DNA from: Raillietiella orientalis
Taxonomy: Eukaryota
Assembly: GCA_036172245.1 (NCBI GenBank)
Contig: JAYWIR010000002.1
Location: 2,046,001-2,110,000, forward strand
Length of the DNA stretch: 64,000 nt
Direction of reading: 5' to 3'
In this document: positions 49,451 to 63,800 of the stretch, piece after piece
Position numbering within the stretch: position 1 is the first letter of the stretch
Layout of the letters: each line of letters begins with the position of its first letter
Notes under the pieces: generated by a model
Databases searched by the model: none
Told to the model about the DNA's origin: nothing
What the model saw: the letters and a program-made list of their open reading frames with translations, nothing else
Program-made: the position numbers and the translations under genes

Positions 49451-52400
49451 GTCCATGACGGGAAAGGAGGGGAAAGCGAGGGGGGTCTCTGTCCAAACGA
49501 GGAAGTTCTTTCCGTCAAATTCGCCGACGACAAGCCGGGAATCCCCGGTCTTGGATCCAAGGATGAAGGTGACCTACCGTTTGAGCTGGAACTCGCCTTG
49601 CGGTCACGGCGACAACCGACGCACCAGTGGGCGAGTGCCGACGTGAGCTCCCTCCATCGAGGTGCTGGTAGTGGAGGCGGTGAGGAAAATCTCTTCCCAA
49701 GCTGCTTCTGGGACCAGACGGTGACACAAGTCGTTGAGACGGGAACTTCGGAGCGCTTGCCTCAAGTGATTGGAGGATCAGCCTTCCTCATAGATTGCCC
49801 CCGCTCAGCGGTTCTTCCAACAGAGTGCCACATGGCCCAAGGATCGTAAGACGAAACAAGACTTGGGAAGTCCCCAAACGATGCCATTCTCCCTGTCTAC
49901 CTTAAGTTTCAGGGAACCTAGCGGAAGATCAGCTGCGTCATCTGTTGGACATTGGATGGCTGTTCCGAAAGGCAGTTGTAGTACACTATACACTGGATAG
50001 ATGGCACAGGATGCAACGCTCGGATCGAGCCGCTTACCCGTTCTTGGATCAATCCCTCTCCCTTCCTCTCTACGGATCGTCAGAAAACACGCTGGGAGCC
50101 AGCAAAAAGCAGGTACATCGTGGGGCTCTTCATCCGGGAACGGTAGATGAGACTGCTTCCATCTGATCTCTCCATGAGCGTTCGATAGCTAAGCTGGGGC
50201 TCCTGGAAACTTTCCAACACCAAGCGGGGATTCGGCTAGGGCTGGGAACCTGAGGGAGGAAGACGAAATCTCCACAACTCCCGGGCTGGGTTAGGAAGCA
50301 ATCTCCCTCTCTCACAAGAAGTCTCTCCTCTCGGATTTCCTCTTTCCCCACGCTGGAGGATTCGTGTCCTTCGGGTTCACTGGGGTCGTCGCCTTCGTTT
50401 CCCGGAAGGAGGCTGGCGAGACTTGCGTCCACAGCTTCCTCGTCGCTGGGAGATGCGCCGCCACCTTCTTCGAAAGGAGGGGAGAGAAGAAAGCGCGAAG
50501 GACGGAGCGTGGGTGTGTGAGAGACGACGCCTCCCGACCGAATCGGGAAAGCGGACGGTGAGAGGGCGCCCTTCTTGGGTCGAGGGTTCCGGCAAGCGGC
50601 AGCTGTCAAGGAACAGGGCGAACGGCGGCAGCCCAGGAGCGCCACAAGCCGTGGGAGGCCGCGTCGGCGGAACGAGTAACCGCGCTTCCACGGTCTCCCA
50701 GCTGCTCTGCGTCTCCGAAGCGGAGGAACGCGGGGGCGGCGCGCGCGCGCGCGCCGCAGGCAGGCACTCCGTGGAAGAACATGGACCCTCTTGCCGAGGG
50801 CGTCCACGAGAGGGGGGGAGGACCGGTCGGCTCTGCCCCAGGGCCGAGAAAGTCGGGAGAGGGATGGAAGAGGGAACGCCCCCTACACGGCACCCCGGAA
50901 TGGATGGTCAGGCGGAGAGACCCGCCGGATCCCGCAGGCTTTCGGGAAGAAAGCCGGCGGGCGGTCGTCGCTCGCTGCCGGGTCCACCAGGACCACCTCG
51001 GGCGTAGTGATATCTTGGAGGACTCTCGAACCGGACGGCTGCTGGCGGAGGGCGCGTGTGCTGGCTGCTCGCTTTGACCGTCGGGAGCCGCTGCGGGGGA
51101 GCGTCGGACAGGGAACATGAGAGCAATCCCGCGCTCCCTCGAGGGAGGGTCCCCTAGGGTGGTGCTGCTCCCCCTCATAAGACGGGAGCACGGAGCGGAT
51201 TCAGGACTTCTCCATCCCTCCGCTTCGTTCTCTTTCTCTCCCTGTAAACGGAAGGGAGAACCCGCAGGTCGCATGGGAAGGGCAGGCCCCAGGCCACCCC
51301 TTGCCACTCTGTCCGGAGTGAGAGGCGCCGCCGACTCCAGAAATTTTCGTGTTCTGCTCCAGCCCCGGATACCGTCGCCGACTCTCTTCGCTGTCCCGCA
51401 TACCCAGCTCTCCCCTCCGTCCTGACCTCGCGCTTCTCGCGCGAGCGGTCCGCGGGTGCTCTCAGAGTGCACCTCATCCTCTCGTGGATGCGTGTGCAGG
51501 CACTCCGGGCGTCGGGAGTTTCCTCAACCCGAACTTTCCGAGACCGCCGGAAGAGATCCGCCCTCTCGCGCTCATCTCTTCTGGCGGCCTGTTCCGGATC
51601 TCTCTGTCCCACAGACCTGCTGCGGGAGGAAGAGGGACAAACGAACCCATCCCAGGCGGGGGGGGGGAGTGGCATTGCTCAGGGCGACCGCTGCATCCCG
51701 CCGAAGGCGCCGCTCGGCACCGGATCTGCCTGCGTGCTGCTGCTCCCAGGACTCCGGTCCTGGAGCGGTGGTCGGGCACCGTAACGCCGCTTCCTTCGTC
51801 CGTGGCGGCGGCCGACCGGGCACGGCTCAGACTGCAGTCTTTCTCCCCTCCCTTCCTCCTTCCCCTGAGGACCGACGGAGAGCTGTTCCCAACGGGAAAC
51901 GCTTTCGGAATATCCCGTCGCGCCTGCCCCGTTTTTCCTTCCCCTCGAAGAACCCTGCGGTGATCCCTCGCGCAGGATGGCTGCTGGGAGCCCCCTCCCC
52001 TCCTTTTTCTCCTCTTCGTCCCTCTTTCTTCCCCCTCCAATCGCAAGTTCATCCGCTCCAACACTCCGGCTGAAGGCACGCACGAACCTCTCGATGGCCC
52101 GACCGCTGACCGTATAAAGTGGCCGCCATCGACCTTACTTCTCCCCTCTCCTTGCCTCTGTCCTCCTCCTCATCCTCTTCGTCAAAGAGTCGAATGGTTG
52201 CCTCCCGTCGCGAACCACAGCTTCGAGAAAGTTCTGCACCACCAGTTCTGTACCCCCTCCAGGAAAAGGCGGCGCGTCTCCCCAGCAACGGGAGAGGGAG
52301 GGGTGGTTCTCGTTCCTGTTTTCTCCACCGGTCCCCCATCCTGGTCAGCGGCATCTCCTCGAAGATGCCGGGACAGGAAAACCCCGCGGGAAGCGCAGAG

Positions 52401-52785
52401 AGGTGGTGGCTCTTCGTGAGCCGCATGCCGTCACCTCGGCAGCTGGAGGTGGTCCGGTTCGTCCACGGCCGGCCTTTCCGGAGGAGGGTCGCTCTCCCAG
52501 GGGATGTCACCTGCAGGTCTTCCATGTTGGATCGTTGTGGTCGCCTGCTTGTTTGGCTTCTCCATGGGGTCGGGAGCAGCCTCATTCGGAGGGAGGAGGT
52601 GGACTGCGAGAGTGGATGCCTCGAACAAGCGCCCGCACGGAGTCGCGTGATCGGAAGGAGGAGGAGAGGGCGAGAGGCGACGCTTCGACAGCGCTCGGGT
52701 GATGGTGGTGCCCCTGAGCTGGTGGGTGCGATCCTCAAGGGCGAGGTGAGGCGGCTAGGCGTGTGGGAGTATCCGTCCGCGCTTT
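49450..52785 (-). mobile_element. Decayed L1/Tx1-like LINE, convergent with the previous copies
   Basis: SPSAFPIRSGGV..PTLRPSRFLL (S..F.I.RGVRQG.PLSP.LF) at about 50480-50570, followed by a degenerate ...GDD. Confidence 0.55.
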
Positions 52786-52789
52786 CTAC

Positions 52790-53400
52790 GGAAGCAAATA
52801 AAATGTTTGCTCGGAATGAAAACAGCGTGACCTTGAGGAGGAGGCGGAGGCGGAGGAGGAAGGTTTCAAGAAGCTGCAGAGCGTGATCGCGCTTTGGAAA
52901 ATTTCATCTGCATGTAGGAAAAATACGAAAGCCTCCTCCGCGGAGGTTTGCACACAACACCCATTCTTGCAACATTTATTTGAAATTCCATGTGCCACTT
53001 CTGTTTTCAGAGCGAAAGGATCGATCTCTTCGTCCACTCTTTGTTCACTCTGTTCTTTTCTTCTTTCGTTTTTTACTGCATGTCAAATTAGGATTTGCGC
53101 AGGAACATTTTTTCCCGCCCTCCAGCGGAAAACAAAAACAAAAGCAAGGGCGTGCCTTCACAATCCTTTTCCTCATTCGTTTTCGAATGCTTCTCATAAC
53201 AGAAACCGAGATAAGTCTCTCTGGTGCCTGGAAGAACCACTGTTCGTTAGACAATGGACTTAATTTTGAGCTCGCAGTTCACGACCTCCTCTTTCCGTTT
53301 GTGGCTGGTCTTACTGCTGGTTACACTTGCCTCCCTTTCCCGTGCTTCCTTGGAATGAGCAAGAGTCCCCACTTGACCATGGTTGTTGCAGTCTTCACGT
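52790..53400 (-). mobile_element. piggyBac transposase N-terminal fragment
   Basis: DEEIDPFALKTE (DDEIIDLIV.ET) and TSAEEAFVFF (TAEEMKVFL). Confidence 0.45.
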
Positions 53401-53449
53401 CGGAATGTTAATTATCCACGTGTGGCCACCATGACCAGCCTGGTATGAA

Positions 53450-54800
53450 TATACCTTGAGAAAACGCTTCCAGTTCATTTCTGAGAAACCAGTTTCTCTT
53501 GTAGAAACAGTATCCTACAATTTTGCAATAATCTTGGGAATCCATCAAGACTGCTACTGCTTGAAGTGATTTGTAACCATTTTTTTTGTGTGTGTCTGTG
53601 TGTTACTTTTCCTCCGTCAAAGTTAGACTTGCGAGACTGGACGACAGTTGCATTCGTCTGCTTCTCAGAGCAAGAACAACCTCGCCTAACTCTCTTGAGT
53701 TGTTACTGAATGGCCCAAAGTTCTCTTAATCAGTCCAGTTCAGAAGCCTCGGAAACAAGTTGATTGGCAAATTAAAAGGAAGGCACAGATTAGCAGCAAT
53801 AGAAGAACAACTTACTGGGAACTTTAAGCAACTGATCAAAGATGTTGGAAAAGATCAGCGGATAAAATTTCAAAACTTTCTAGAGAACCCTCGAGACTCT
53901 CTTCGGAATGTCTTCGTTATTAGATCGAATAAACTACATTACTCCATACTGAAGAAATCATTCTGTCGTGCATCTTCCCCCCTTCCCCCCCCTTTTTTTT
54001 TAATGCTTAGATACTGGAATAACTTTGGGGTCCTTTTATTTATGATTGCAATAAGTTACCTCGTTTTTCGATCCTCAGTAAACAGGGCATCTTTATATTC
54101 ATATTTCCATATACATAACCAAGTGTAAATACACAGAAAGTAAAGGGATGGAGAGAGAGAATGACAAGCAGCGAGAAATGCATAATGGCTAAATAATGGC
54201 ATTCCTTTTTTGGATCTTCATTCATTTTACCAGTTGCTTTGTGTTCCTACAATCAAGTTGCACGTTGATTTCTGAATCACAGTGAACGTTGTGTGCATTG
54301 CTCAGCTTTGCCGTATTGGATCACATAATTGTGAGCCAGAAGCTTCGATGTGATTGCACATTTAAAGATGAGCGATCATATCAGTTGTTGAAAAATATGA
54401 TTAACCGTCCTATGCTTGTGCATCTGTAAAAAAAAATTCTGGATCATAAACGGTATCAGATAAACATTTGGATCATAAAAATGCTTCTCATGCTTGATTT
54501 ATAAGCTTCGTAATGCTTTGAAGAGCAAAGCATGCCTGATTTGTGTATAAGTTTCTTAAACGTACATTCCATTGCTACCATCGTATGGTTTTGGTATTAA
54601 TGTTTGTTTTGCTTTGTTACATTCCGCAGCCGTGACGAAGACCTGGCTAACAGTAAGATGTACACATTAGTGGATGTAAAATTCATGCTTGCTAAGGACA
54701 GGATGCCTGCATTCACTAGGAATTGCTTCGTCGTAAAGCATGTATTTCAGTCTGAGCTGAGAACTGCTGTACCCAGAAGAATTTCCATCAACGAATACAC
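53450..54800 (+). mobile_element. piggyBac transposase fossil
   Basis: RLDDSCIR (RFDDK.TR), AIEEQLTG (TIDEQLVG), KFQNFLENP..VFVIRSNKLHY (FRQYIPSKP..IFALVD.KTFY). Confidence 0.5.
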
Positions 54801-55599
54801 CAAGCAAGAACTACGATAGATAAATGCATGGAGTCCCCGGAGAGACCTTACCTTCAGAGGGAACAGAAACAGCAGGAACCGGTGTCTCTGATATTTTGCT
54901 ACGTACTGTTCCTGGTGTGTAAAAGTGTGAAGTTCTCTGGTGTTGTAACCAAAGACCCGCTCGCATGGTGTGCAGGTGGATTGGTGAAAGTTCGAAACGA
55001 AAGGAGGGGGGGGGGGGATAGTGCCGTGATGGCTTGGGCGGCTAGAGGCAGTATGCACTGAAGATGTACGTGGAGAACACGTTTGGTCCTTCGAAGAGGC
55101 TGGGTCTCCGTAACACTGCATAAGGAAAATAAAAAAAAAAACTAAAAGATTACAGTCTTCAGTATGGCATTTTGTTTACGTTGATGTACTGTGCTTTCAG
55201 AGACTTAGTTCTGCCGATTGGGTGAAGATTTTTTAGTTTTGAGAAATAGGTAGGAATTGCATATTTATATTTGATAACCCATCAGTATAATCCGAATGAG
55301 ATAACAAATTTTTTGCATCTTCGATGCATCCCGATTGCAGTAGTAATGAAATTGGATGAAATCCAGTGATGGCCCAGAAACGACAAAAGCAATGAGAATA
55401 CAGTAGTCAGCCACACGGAACGCGCCATGTATTTTACATCGTAGTAAACGAAATTTTGTAGATCGTAGAAGACGTAAACAAACATAAATTTGATGGGTAA
55501 CGAATTGCTAGAACGAATCCTTGTTAAATTGAAAAATGAGCACAGGAACTGAATTACCTTTAACATATTTTTTTCTCATTCATGCATTTTCTCAGAATA

Positions 55600-57300
55600 G
55601 TTTCTTTGAAAGAGTATTTACCGAGTGAAATTAGCATTAGTTGTATTTGATCGGGTCCACAAAAATTTTCTACATCCCTTGAGTTTGGTAACTGCACAAC
55701 GCCTGTTTTGTGCAAGCCTCAAAAATGTATCAGACATCTCGTGGAAAGGGACCGGGCTGATGACTTTATGACTTAAAGTATCCGTATTTGGGGCTGATTA
55801 TGAGCGAAACATTAAAGATCAAATAGATCATTCATCATCCGGAAATTATCAGTTGAGTGACAGCTGCTTCAAGGTATTCATTTCAATAACTCACTACAGA
55901 AATATGTTCTGTTTATTAAGTAATCATTCAATAATAGTGTGGAATGAGAAGGCATTTTTCGAAATGTGTTTCGAAAAGTGAGCACATTTTAAAGTATGAA
56001 CAGGAATTGTTCAGTTTCGATTCATTTGGGGCCGAAAGACAAATATTACAAAAGTAGAGATTCTGATTAATCAAACTGACTATCACAAAAATTAAGGTGC
56101 TACAAATATTTCAAAGGAGTATGTTTGTTACACAGTTTGCTTGAACATGGAAGTAAGGCATTCCAATTGACATCTTTCTTAACCAATTTTGATACCTATG
56201 ACTTTGTTTCTAGCTTACTCCACCATCCTCAGAAGTAATTTTTTATGAATTTACTGATATGTTAAAATATGCTGCAAAAGCAGCCAGAATGCTGCTTTGA
56301 ATTTTATGTGATAAGTTCTACCCAATTTAGGTGATTGTTTTTCTTTTAGGGAGTGCTGTGTTTCTTACAAATGAGTGTAGTTTTATGAGTCAGAAACAAG
56401 ACTCTGTGGTTCATGTTTATGTTGTCAGTACCATGTTACTATCCAGCATACTTTGTTCCACATAATTATTCTCTGTTATTCCAATATTATTCTAGGTATA
56501 TCAGTTTATTGGAAGGCATGCATAATATTTTGAAAGTCAATCTTCTTAAAGTCTACAAGGAAAGAAATTCACTTCAAATTTTTTGTCAATGTCAAAAGGT
56601 TTATTTTGCAGACGAACATGCTTTTGAAAATTGTGATTCATGCTTTCCAAATGTTCCCACTTGAGAATGCTAACAAACTACTGGCATTCACAGATCAGAA
56701 ACATGTGGAAAAATGCAACAGTTTTGTAATTTGAATACATTTGAATTTAATTATGAATGTAATAATGAATGAGTGCTCTGAAAGTTTAACAAGTCAATGA
56801 AAATATTCAAGAAAAATAATTCTGTTGTAGATGATAGCAAACTTGACCTATATGCCAAGATAATCTTGCAAAAAAAGATAAAAATGTTCGAAATCTAAGG
56901 AGCTGACTAATATAAAATCAGTTTTGAAGGACTTAGGAGGAGTCATGTGATGTGTTATAAGCAGTTGTGTGCTTTTCAAAGTAATCAAGCGATGTAATAT
57001 GTACATTCGCCAAAATCTGAAAGACTCCACGTTTGTTAACATGGATAAATGTTTTTTGTCACAAAATAATTGAGGAAATTTCGAGGTTCTAAGGTAGCTC
57101 ATTTCCAATTACTTAACGTTTGTTAATCATGAAACTGGAAAGACTTTCTTGAGGATAGAAAAACATTTCAAAAATCCTCATGAGAAGATTGGGAAAACTA
57201 TGAAAGTTCTCAGGTATGAATTCCAAAACGAATTGATTCGAACAAATTTACTGTAGTAAAGTGTGAACTTTCAAATGTCATTTGTCCATTTTGAATCCTT
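55600..57300 (+). mobile_element. piggyBac transposase fossil (AT-rich)
   Basis: FKVFI, DKYYKSR (DKLYKIR), YSLLFQYYS..SLLE (Y.LYFDNY.TS..LL), LGGV, DSTFVN (D.A.VN), in order. Confidence 0.55.
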
Positions 57301-57399
57301 TTTTCAGTTGTCGAAATTGTTTTGCAAATATAAACTTTTATATTGGTGGGATTTTTTTTAATTTCTTGATTGCGCCATATTGCTAGTAATTTTTAGAAA

Positions 57400-58750
57400 T
57401 TACAACCAAAAACAAACCATTATCAAAATTGAGGGACTAATATTTTTTCGAGTTGATTTACCAATACTTCAGGAATTAATAGTATGAGTGTGAGTTCGTA
57501 AATTATTGAATTGCACCATTTATGTGTGTTGATTTAGGCACAGATTTTGTTTGGTTTCATCCGATTATTTGTATGTTTGGGGCCGGAAATACTAATTTTA
57601 TCGAGTTGTGATGGTAGAAAAATGTCACTTATATAAAAGTTTTGGCATACACAGCATGACTGCAACAGTGCTTTCTATCCTGTTTTGGAGAAATGGAATA
57701 GGCACAGTTTTCATTCCTGTTGCCGATGTGACGAAAGGATTCAGCTTTATTGTGATCAGAAATGAGTTTTCAGTCATGCTTGCTTTGTGATTTCATGTGA
57801 AACTGAGCAAAATGTTAGATCCCCCCCAAATCTTTTATTTGTTTGCCCCTGGAATTATTGGGTCTTGCTGAAAGCCTGAATTAAAAAAAAAAGCCTTCCA
57901 GAATTGAATTCAAAAAGCTGACGGTGAAAATTGTGGAAATAAGTTATGATATTCAGTTCTCGAATGGGTTGTGTTTTGTTTCCATGTTCTTACTTCTTGA
58001 CCGAAGTGATATCAATGCAAGCAGGCTGGATAGAGGAAAGGATTGTGTAATGGAAAACACATTATTTTATGAACCTTCAATAAAAGTGTTCTGAACAGAG
58101 CAAGGAAATCACCAAATACAGCAGATGATGGATACGTTGCCGGAGGTTCAGTTTGCAAATTGTAATGGCGAACTCTGTATTTCAAGCAAAATGGACCTCG
58201 GTTTTACCTTTCTGGATTTCCGGAGTGTGTTCGGTTTAACGAGAACAGAAATATGCCAAACTAAAATAATGTAAGATACGAATACGCCCCAGCAAGATCA
58301 AACAATTTGATGAACCTGCGATAGCAGCTTGGTCCACTGGACCAGATGTTGAGCATGGCTGGTAATGAATGATGAAAGTGAGAAGACACCCTAGTCATGC
58401 AGTGTATTCCGAGGATTACTTTTGCCGTCTATGTATTGAAGCAGTGCTGTTTTCGTGTCATAATCCCTACGTTCATGCCGAACCGGAGGCCCTGATGTTT
58501 TCAATGGTTCTTGATTACCGCCGAATAGAACAACCGAGTTGCACATGCCGCCGTCAACATCAGCACGAAATCATTTGCCTGTAACGAGCTACAGATGACG
58601 AGAGAGGATGCTCTTAATCTGCCGATCTAATGATGCCTTTAGCGAATTCAGATGAGAAACGGAGACTCAACGCGTGAAGGTGTTGAGTGTTGTCGTTGAG
58701 CGAGCGCGCGCGCGTCGGAAAGTGGGATTCGATTTGGTCGTAAAGTGGCT
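57400..58750 (+). mobile_element. piggyBac transposase fossil, C-terminal half
   Basis: PSKIKQFD (P..IKQYN), LGPLDQML (GVDLLDQM), VLDYRR (LDFRR). Confidence 0.5.
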
Positions 58751-59599
58751 CTCAGTTGTACCAAGTGAAAAAGGTGAGGGTCATCTAGTGATTATTTGAA
58801 TTGCTGTTGTCTCGGGGATGGGGATCTCTCCAGGCAACGTGATTTTCGTTGCCGTTTTTTAAATTGCCCCTTTTTTTTAAAAAAAAAAAAAAAAAAAAGA
58901 AATTGTGAATTTATTTTATATTGTTAGGTCGATTCACACATTCCCGGTGCCTTATTGCCATCATTATTTACACGCAATGCTGATGAATTTCAGGTTATCT
59001 TCATTCCATTCGTTTCGCTACTAGAAGGCTACGTTTTCTGTTTTGAATGCAGACGTGACGTCACCGTCGTTTTTAATCGAGGAAAAGAAGAGTTTTTGCA
59101 GATAATAGCCTTAACGTGTCAGTCAGACAAGTAGATGCTTGTAGATTTTTCGTGCCTTATAATCAATAATTCCGTATATATGTTGTAATTACCATTCAAT
59201 CATTGCCGTGCGCTCATTACGATGGGTCAATTTTCCAAAATTTAACAATTGTGAGAATAAAAAGTGATTGCACGTGATTTTTTTGTAATTGAGCGTGCAC
59301 TTGGAAGTGATCAAAAAAGGGTTTTTTTTAAAAAAAAATAATATGCTTGAAACTCACAAGATGTTTGAAAGCCTTTCGATTAAGTGTGAATTGGGGAGGG
59401 GGGGGGGAACGTTAAAATACACGAATATTTCTTAAAAGTTTCGTGATAATCGTTCTCTATCGCAGATCCTAATGAAGTATGATTTTTCGTAGGATATTCG
59501 TAGGATCTTCAAATAATTTGAGTTGGGGAGTCATGTTTGATTTGGATCTTGACATAAATAATACATGATTTTTTGGTAATGTGTTTGCCAGACTTTGGT

Positions 59600-61200
59600 T
59601 TATTCAGGTCGTGGCTTCACGGGATCCTTTTTTATACGGGTGAACTAATTTTCCTGATTGTACTTTAACGGACTCTTTCAAATTCACAGTGAAGCCCTTG
59701 ATGAGCTTCCTGCTCCACTTGACGTATAGTAAATTGAAATACAGGTATTAAATCCCTAATGTCCCCAGCTTGTTTTTTTTCATGCCAAATTGTGTTTGAT
59801 GGGAGGGGGGGAGGGTATTGATAAACACGTTCAAACATACGAGGTACAGAAATGATTTTTTAGCTCGCAGTTCGCGCCAAACTTGTCTTTCGTTTATATT
59901 ATTGCATTATTTTTTTTGTCTGTTATCGTTCTTATCTGAATATATGATATATCTGTTATCTCAATCTAAATATATGCTCTTATACAAAAGAAGTTGCCTT
60001 TTAAGCTTCAGAGCGATTTTGTTAAGGATTTGTTCCTTTTAAATTGATTTTTGTTCTGGCATGCCTATGTGTCGTCGAGCGTCTCCGTGTTGCCAGCATC
60101 AACCGTAGGCCTACGGCTGAAGTCTTCCATTTCCTCTTTCCCATCCCGGATTCGTGCAGCGGTAAAAGCGAGCAAAATTAGCGCGCTCTTCCTCCGAGGT
60201 GTGACAACTTTTTTTTATACGTGCATATTTGGGTTGGTGCAGATCTAAAGGTGTTGTGTCCTCCTCCTCCGTCCTTCCCGAAATGGGAGAGTTCGAACTC
60301 GTGAACGTGCCTATCGCAGCGTTTCCCAAACTTTTTCCCCATGCCGGAACGCCCAGTTCTCAAATCCCGAAATCCCGACGGGACACCTTGGTTGTTTTAT
60401 AGGGTAGGTAGAGATGTTCATAATAAATAAATCAGGCAAGTAGATGCAAGGGTTAAGGAAGCAAAACGAGCACTCATTCTCGGGTTTTCAACATGTAAAA
60501 AATGTTCGTAATTTTTCACGGATCACTTATCGACCTTCCGCGGAGCACCAGTGGCTCATCGTCCGATCCCATGATGATCCCATCACGAGCTATGAAAGAA
60601 ACGGGATTCCGTTTGAAATACCTGACAGTTTTTCAAAGTGATCTACAACTCGAGGACGCAAAAAGTTTTGCCCCAGACACACAGGTTTCGCAGGAAATCA
60701 TTATCTGGATTCGTTAGATAGTAAGTATTAGTAATCGGCAGGTGCTCATCTTAGAAGGAATCGCCTGCGACCGGATCGATGAACACTAAATTTCGCAAAA
60801 CCCGTGCACTGCAAAACGCACAGGAATAGTAACGAGACAGGCCGAAAGTAACGATCCGATTACGGGAATCCACAAAAATTACATCCCTAGATTTTGTGGT
60901 TCACACAGGAACAAACCCTGCATGAGATGACTCGTGAAGCCCAGTAAGTGGAGGGGGGGGGGGGATCACGCTCGCACGGTTCCGGGGTTCAAAGCACTCG
61001 GCTCTCGAGAGTGGTCTTCGGGGGACCGGACAGAATGTGGAGTTGCTGTGGCACGTGGAACAGAATGCACACGTCCCAACGATCTATGCGGACACGTTGG
61101 AACGCAGCCGTGCGAGCGGAAGAACGGCAGGTCCCCACGACTTTGCAGACGATTCTAGCGCTTCGGGATGAATTGCAAGTATTTTGATCGTTTGAGGTTT
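59600..61200 (-). mobile_element. piggyBac transposase fossil
   Basis: SKMSTCR (TMSRNR), LRPRVVDHFEK (IRPVVDHF), FLNPCIY (VLNFIIY). Confidence 0.4.
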
Positions 61201-61607
61201 GGAAGGAGAAAAAAAAAAATCTCCGTTCGTGGATCCACGGGGATCCATGCATTGAATGCATGGGAAGGGAAATTATGCGTTCAAGCATGTTTTTGTTTTC
61301 GTTTCCTCCTCCCCCCTTCCCCCCCCCCCCTTCGTGGCTCCATTGCGAGGAATTTTTTCAAACGTCTTCAGTCGTGATCACTGAAACGAAAGAGCCCGTT
61401 TTCCTCTCATGTTTATTCATCCCTGTACATTTGCTATCGCTCTCATAGCTGCGAAGTTCAGTTTGTTTTCCATTTTTCATCTGTGGAAAAGTAAAAAGGT
61501 CAATGATAAATACATCGAGCCCCGTGTTTGCCGTGACACATTTTTCTATTCCAATTCTACATATCCATTTTATTGTATCGTGTTGTCAGGTAGGAAACCG
61601 TAAAGCA

Positions 61608-61634
61608 TGTGTGTGTGTGTGTGTGTGTGTGTGT
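61608..61634 (+). repeat. (TG)n microsatellite
   Basis: About 13 perfect TG units. Confidence 0.95.
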
Positions 61635-61699
61635 TTATTTCGTAGGTTCGAATCCCGGCGATTTTTCCATACAGAGAGTTAAGTTCGGACCTTTCTCCT

Positions 61700-63800
61700 T
61701 GCCGAGCAAGTGAAAGGTGACTGTCATTAGAACAGTTACCTGTGATCAAGTTCTGTGAAGCGCGCACAGTAATGTGTACCAGTTTTCAGCATGGAAGAAA
61801 TCCTTTTGTTCTGTCCTGACCACCACCGGGAGCCTCTGTGGAATCATAGTGCTGCGGTAGCAGGTCCAAAGCTTTAGCATGGAGTATCATTGGTGAGTCT
61901 GCTTGTTTCGGTGGCACTCGTGCAAGAATTCGCATCCACCCCCTGCTCCTCCCCCCTCCCACTCGTTTGCTGCCTACCGTCGGGGGGGGGCAAACGACTC
62001 TCCCACCAAATACGCATTCACTTTGCTCTTCGGGATTCTCGTTCTCCTGGTTGAACGCGCTTGTGGGAATATAAGATGAGGATGTATTTGCGTAGCAGCA
62101 CCCTTTTTCGTTTTTGTTTTTATTTTTTTCCTTTTTTAACGATATTTTGAAAGATTCAGATCATCCTCCACCCCGCATCGCCTTGAGGTGCGAGTGAAGT
62201 CATCGTGGTTTGGTCTCTTGTTAACATTTTTCGCGCGTGCGTTTTGCTGCTCGTTCTCCTTTCTCTTTGCCTCCATGCCGAGCACATTCATTAAGGGAAA
62301 AACAACAGATGGGATTGCGCATGGAATGATCTTCCTGCTCCATGACCTCAACCACACTTTACCGGTTTCCATGTGCAAGACAGCAAGTCTTCCTTCCCTC
62401 ACCCGTGGCACCGGAGATACCGTGCGTTGAAACCACCTTGTTTTATTACTCGTTCACGATGCTTTCTCTTTTTCTTTTTGGTGCAGGCATCTTGATGTCA
62501 ATTCTGCGAGTGGCCTAAAGCACTTTCCTACCCTTGGAAACCGCTTTCGTGCTCTTTTATCACCGTTCCTTACCGATTGTGTGTGTCTTCGTGAATCAGG
62601 TGCTGGTTAGTCCGAAAAAGTAATTTGAAGGTATGCCTTGGATGCCCAGCGTGTTAGGCAAGGATGGGGATTGCATGTGCCGAGGCATTATAAAATCATG
62701 AATTTCATTCCCGGGGAAAGAAAATTTCGCTGGAAATCGTACTTGCTAGTAGGATCGGCCTTTGTCGATTCATTTTTAGGGCCTCATGCCCGTTTAGGAT
62801 GCGTTAAGCGTGTGTGTCTTCACGAGGCAATTTCCAAGTTCTTGAGAGAAGTGCCGAATTTCTTGAGTAGGACCTACCAGGGCTGCGACTTGTGGGCATG
62901 ATAGTAGGGCGCGGACTGAAGCAGGTAATCAAACTTCTCACACGAACGGGACGAGTTGCTGTCCAGATTTCGGTGTCTTCGAGCAGCGATCACAGTCGGG
63001 AATTTCGTGTTTGAGTTGAAGGTTGATGTGGTGCTCCTAAAGGGTGGTGGTTTCCTATCGAACGTCTTTCGCCCGAAACGGATCTTTCCAATTTCGTGCT
63101 TTTATTTTGTGTGTGTGTGTGTCGTCCATGTGCACTTGCGACTCCCTTAGAAAGGTGTTACATTGTATGCTTGCCTTCACACGTGATATGATAACTGGCA
63201 ATTAGTTTGTTCTCTCCTTTGAGGGAGAGGCAGTGGGAATAATTGATGTGATTATTGTGGAGTGCACGCTAATAACTTGACTCTGGTGTTTCGCATGATT
63301 TCCAACCATTACCCTATTAACAGCTAATGACAGGTTCCTGGTAAACTTGTGGCCGTTGCTTTGTACCCGCTTCATTTCTCGCCTTGTTCATGTTTCACAA
63401 GATAAGTTACTGCTTCCCATAAAATGTGGTTCACGAGTGTTCCATCCCAACTTTTCGGAACACACAAAACACGAGAGAAAACTTTTCGTTCGTTTCGCCC
63501 ATCCCCTCCTCCCCCTCTGAGCTCTTCATTAGTGCGTTTCCTTCTCCTGCCCCTTTAGCTGGAACCGCGGTTGTTTTTCTGTTCTGATTACCCTTTACGG
63601 CACTGATTTCCAACTTCACGTGCACTTTTTGTCGAGTGTTTCATGAAATATGGCTGTCTTGATGCGAGCAGATCCTTATGTGCGTTTCGATCTCGTGGCA
63701 TGTGTATTTGGTGGCACATGTGATTGCCTTGAGTTGTCTTCCGCCACCCTTTGCACTCGTGAGACTGCGAAATTCGTGATGCTTTCATCAATCAATTACG
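61700..63800 (-). mobile_element. piggyBac (PGBD-type) transposase fossil
   Basis: APYYHAH (VPYYGRH), then RSWSRKIIPCAIPSVV..MNVLG (RWSRK..I.IP.VV..YN..MGG). Confidence 0.5.
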
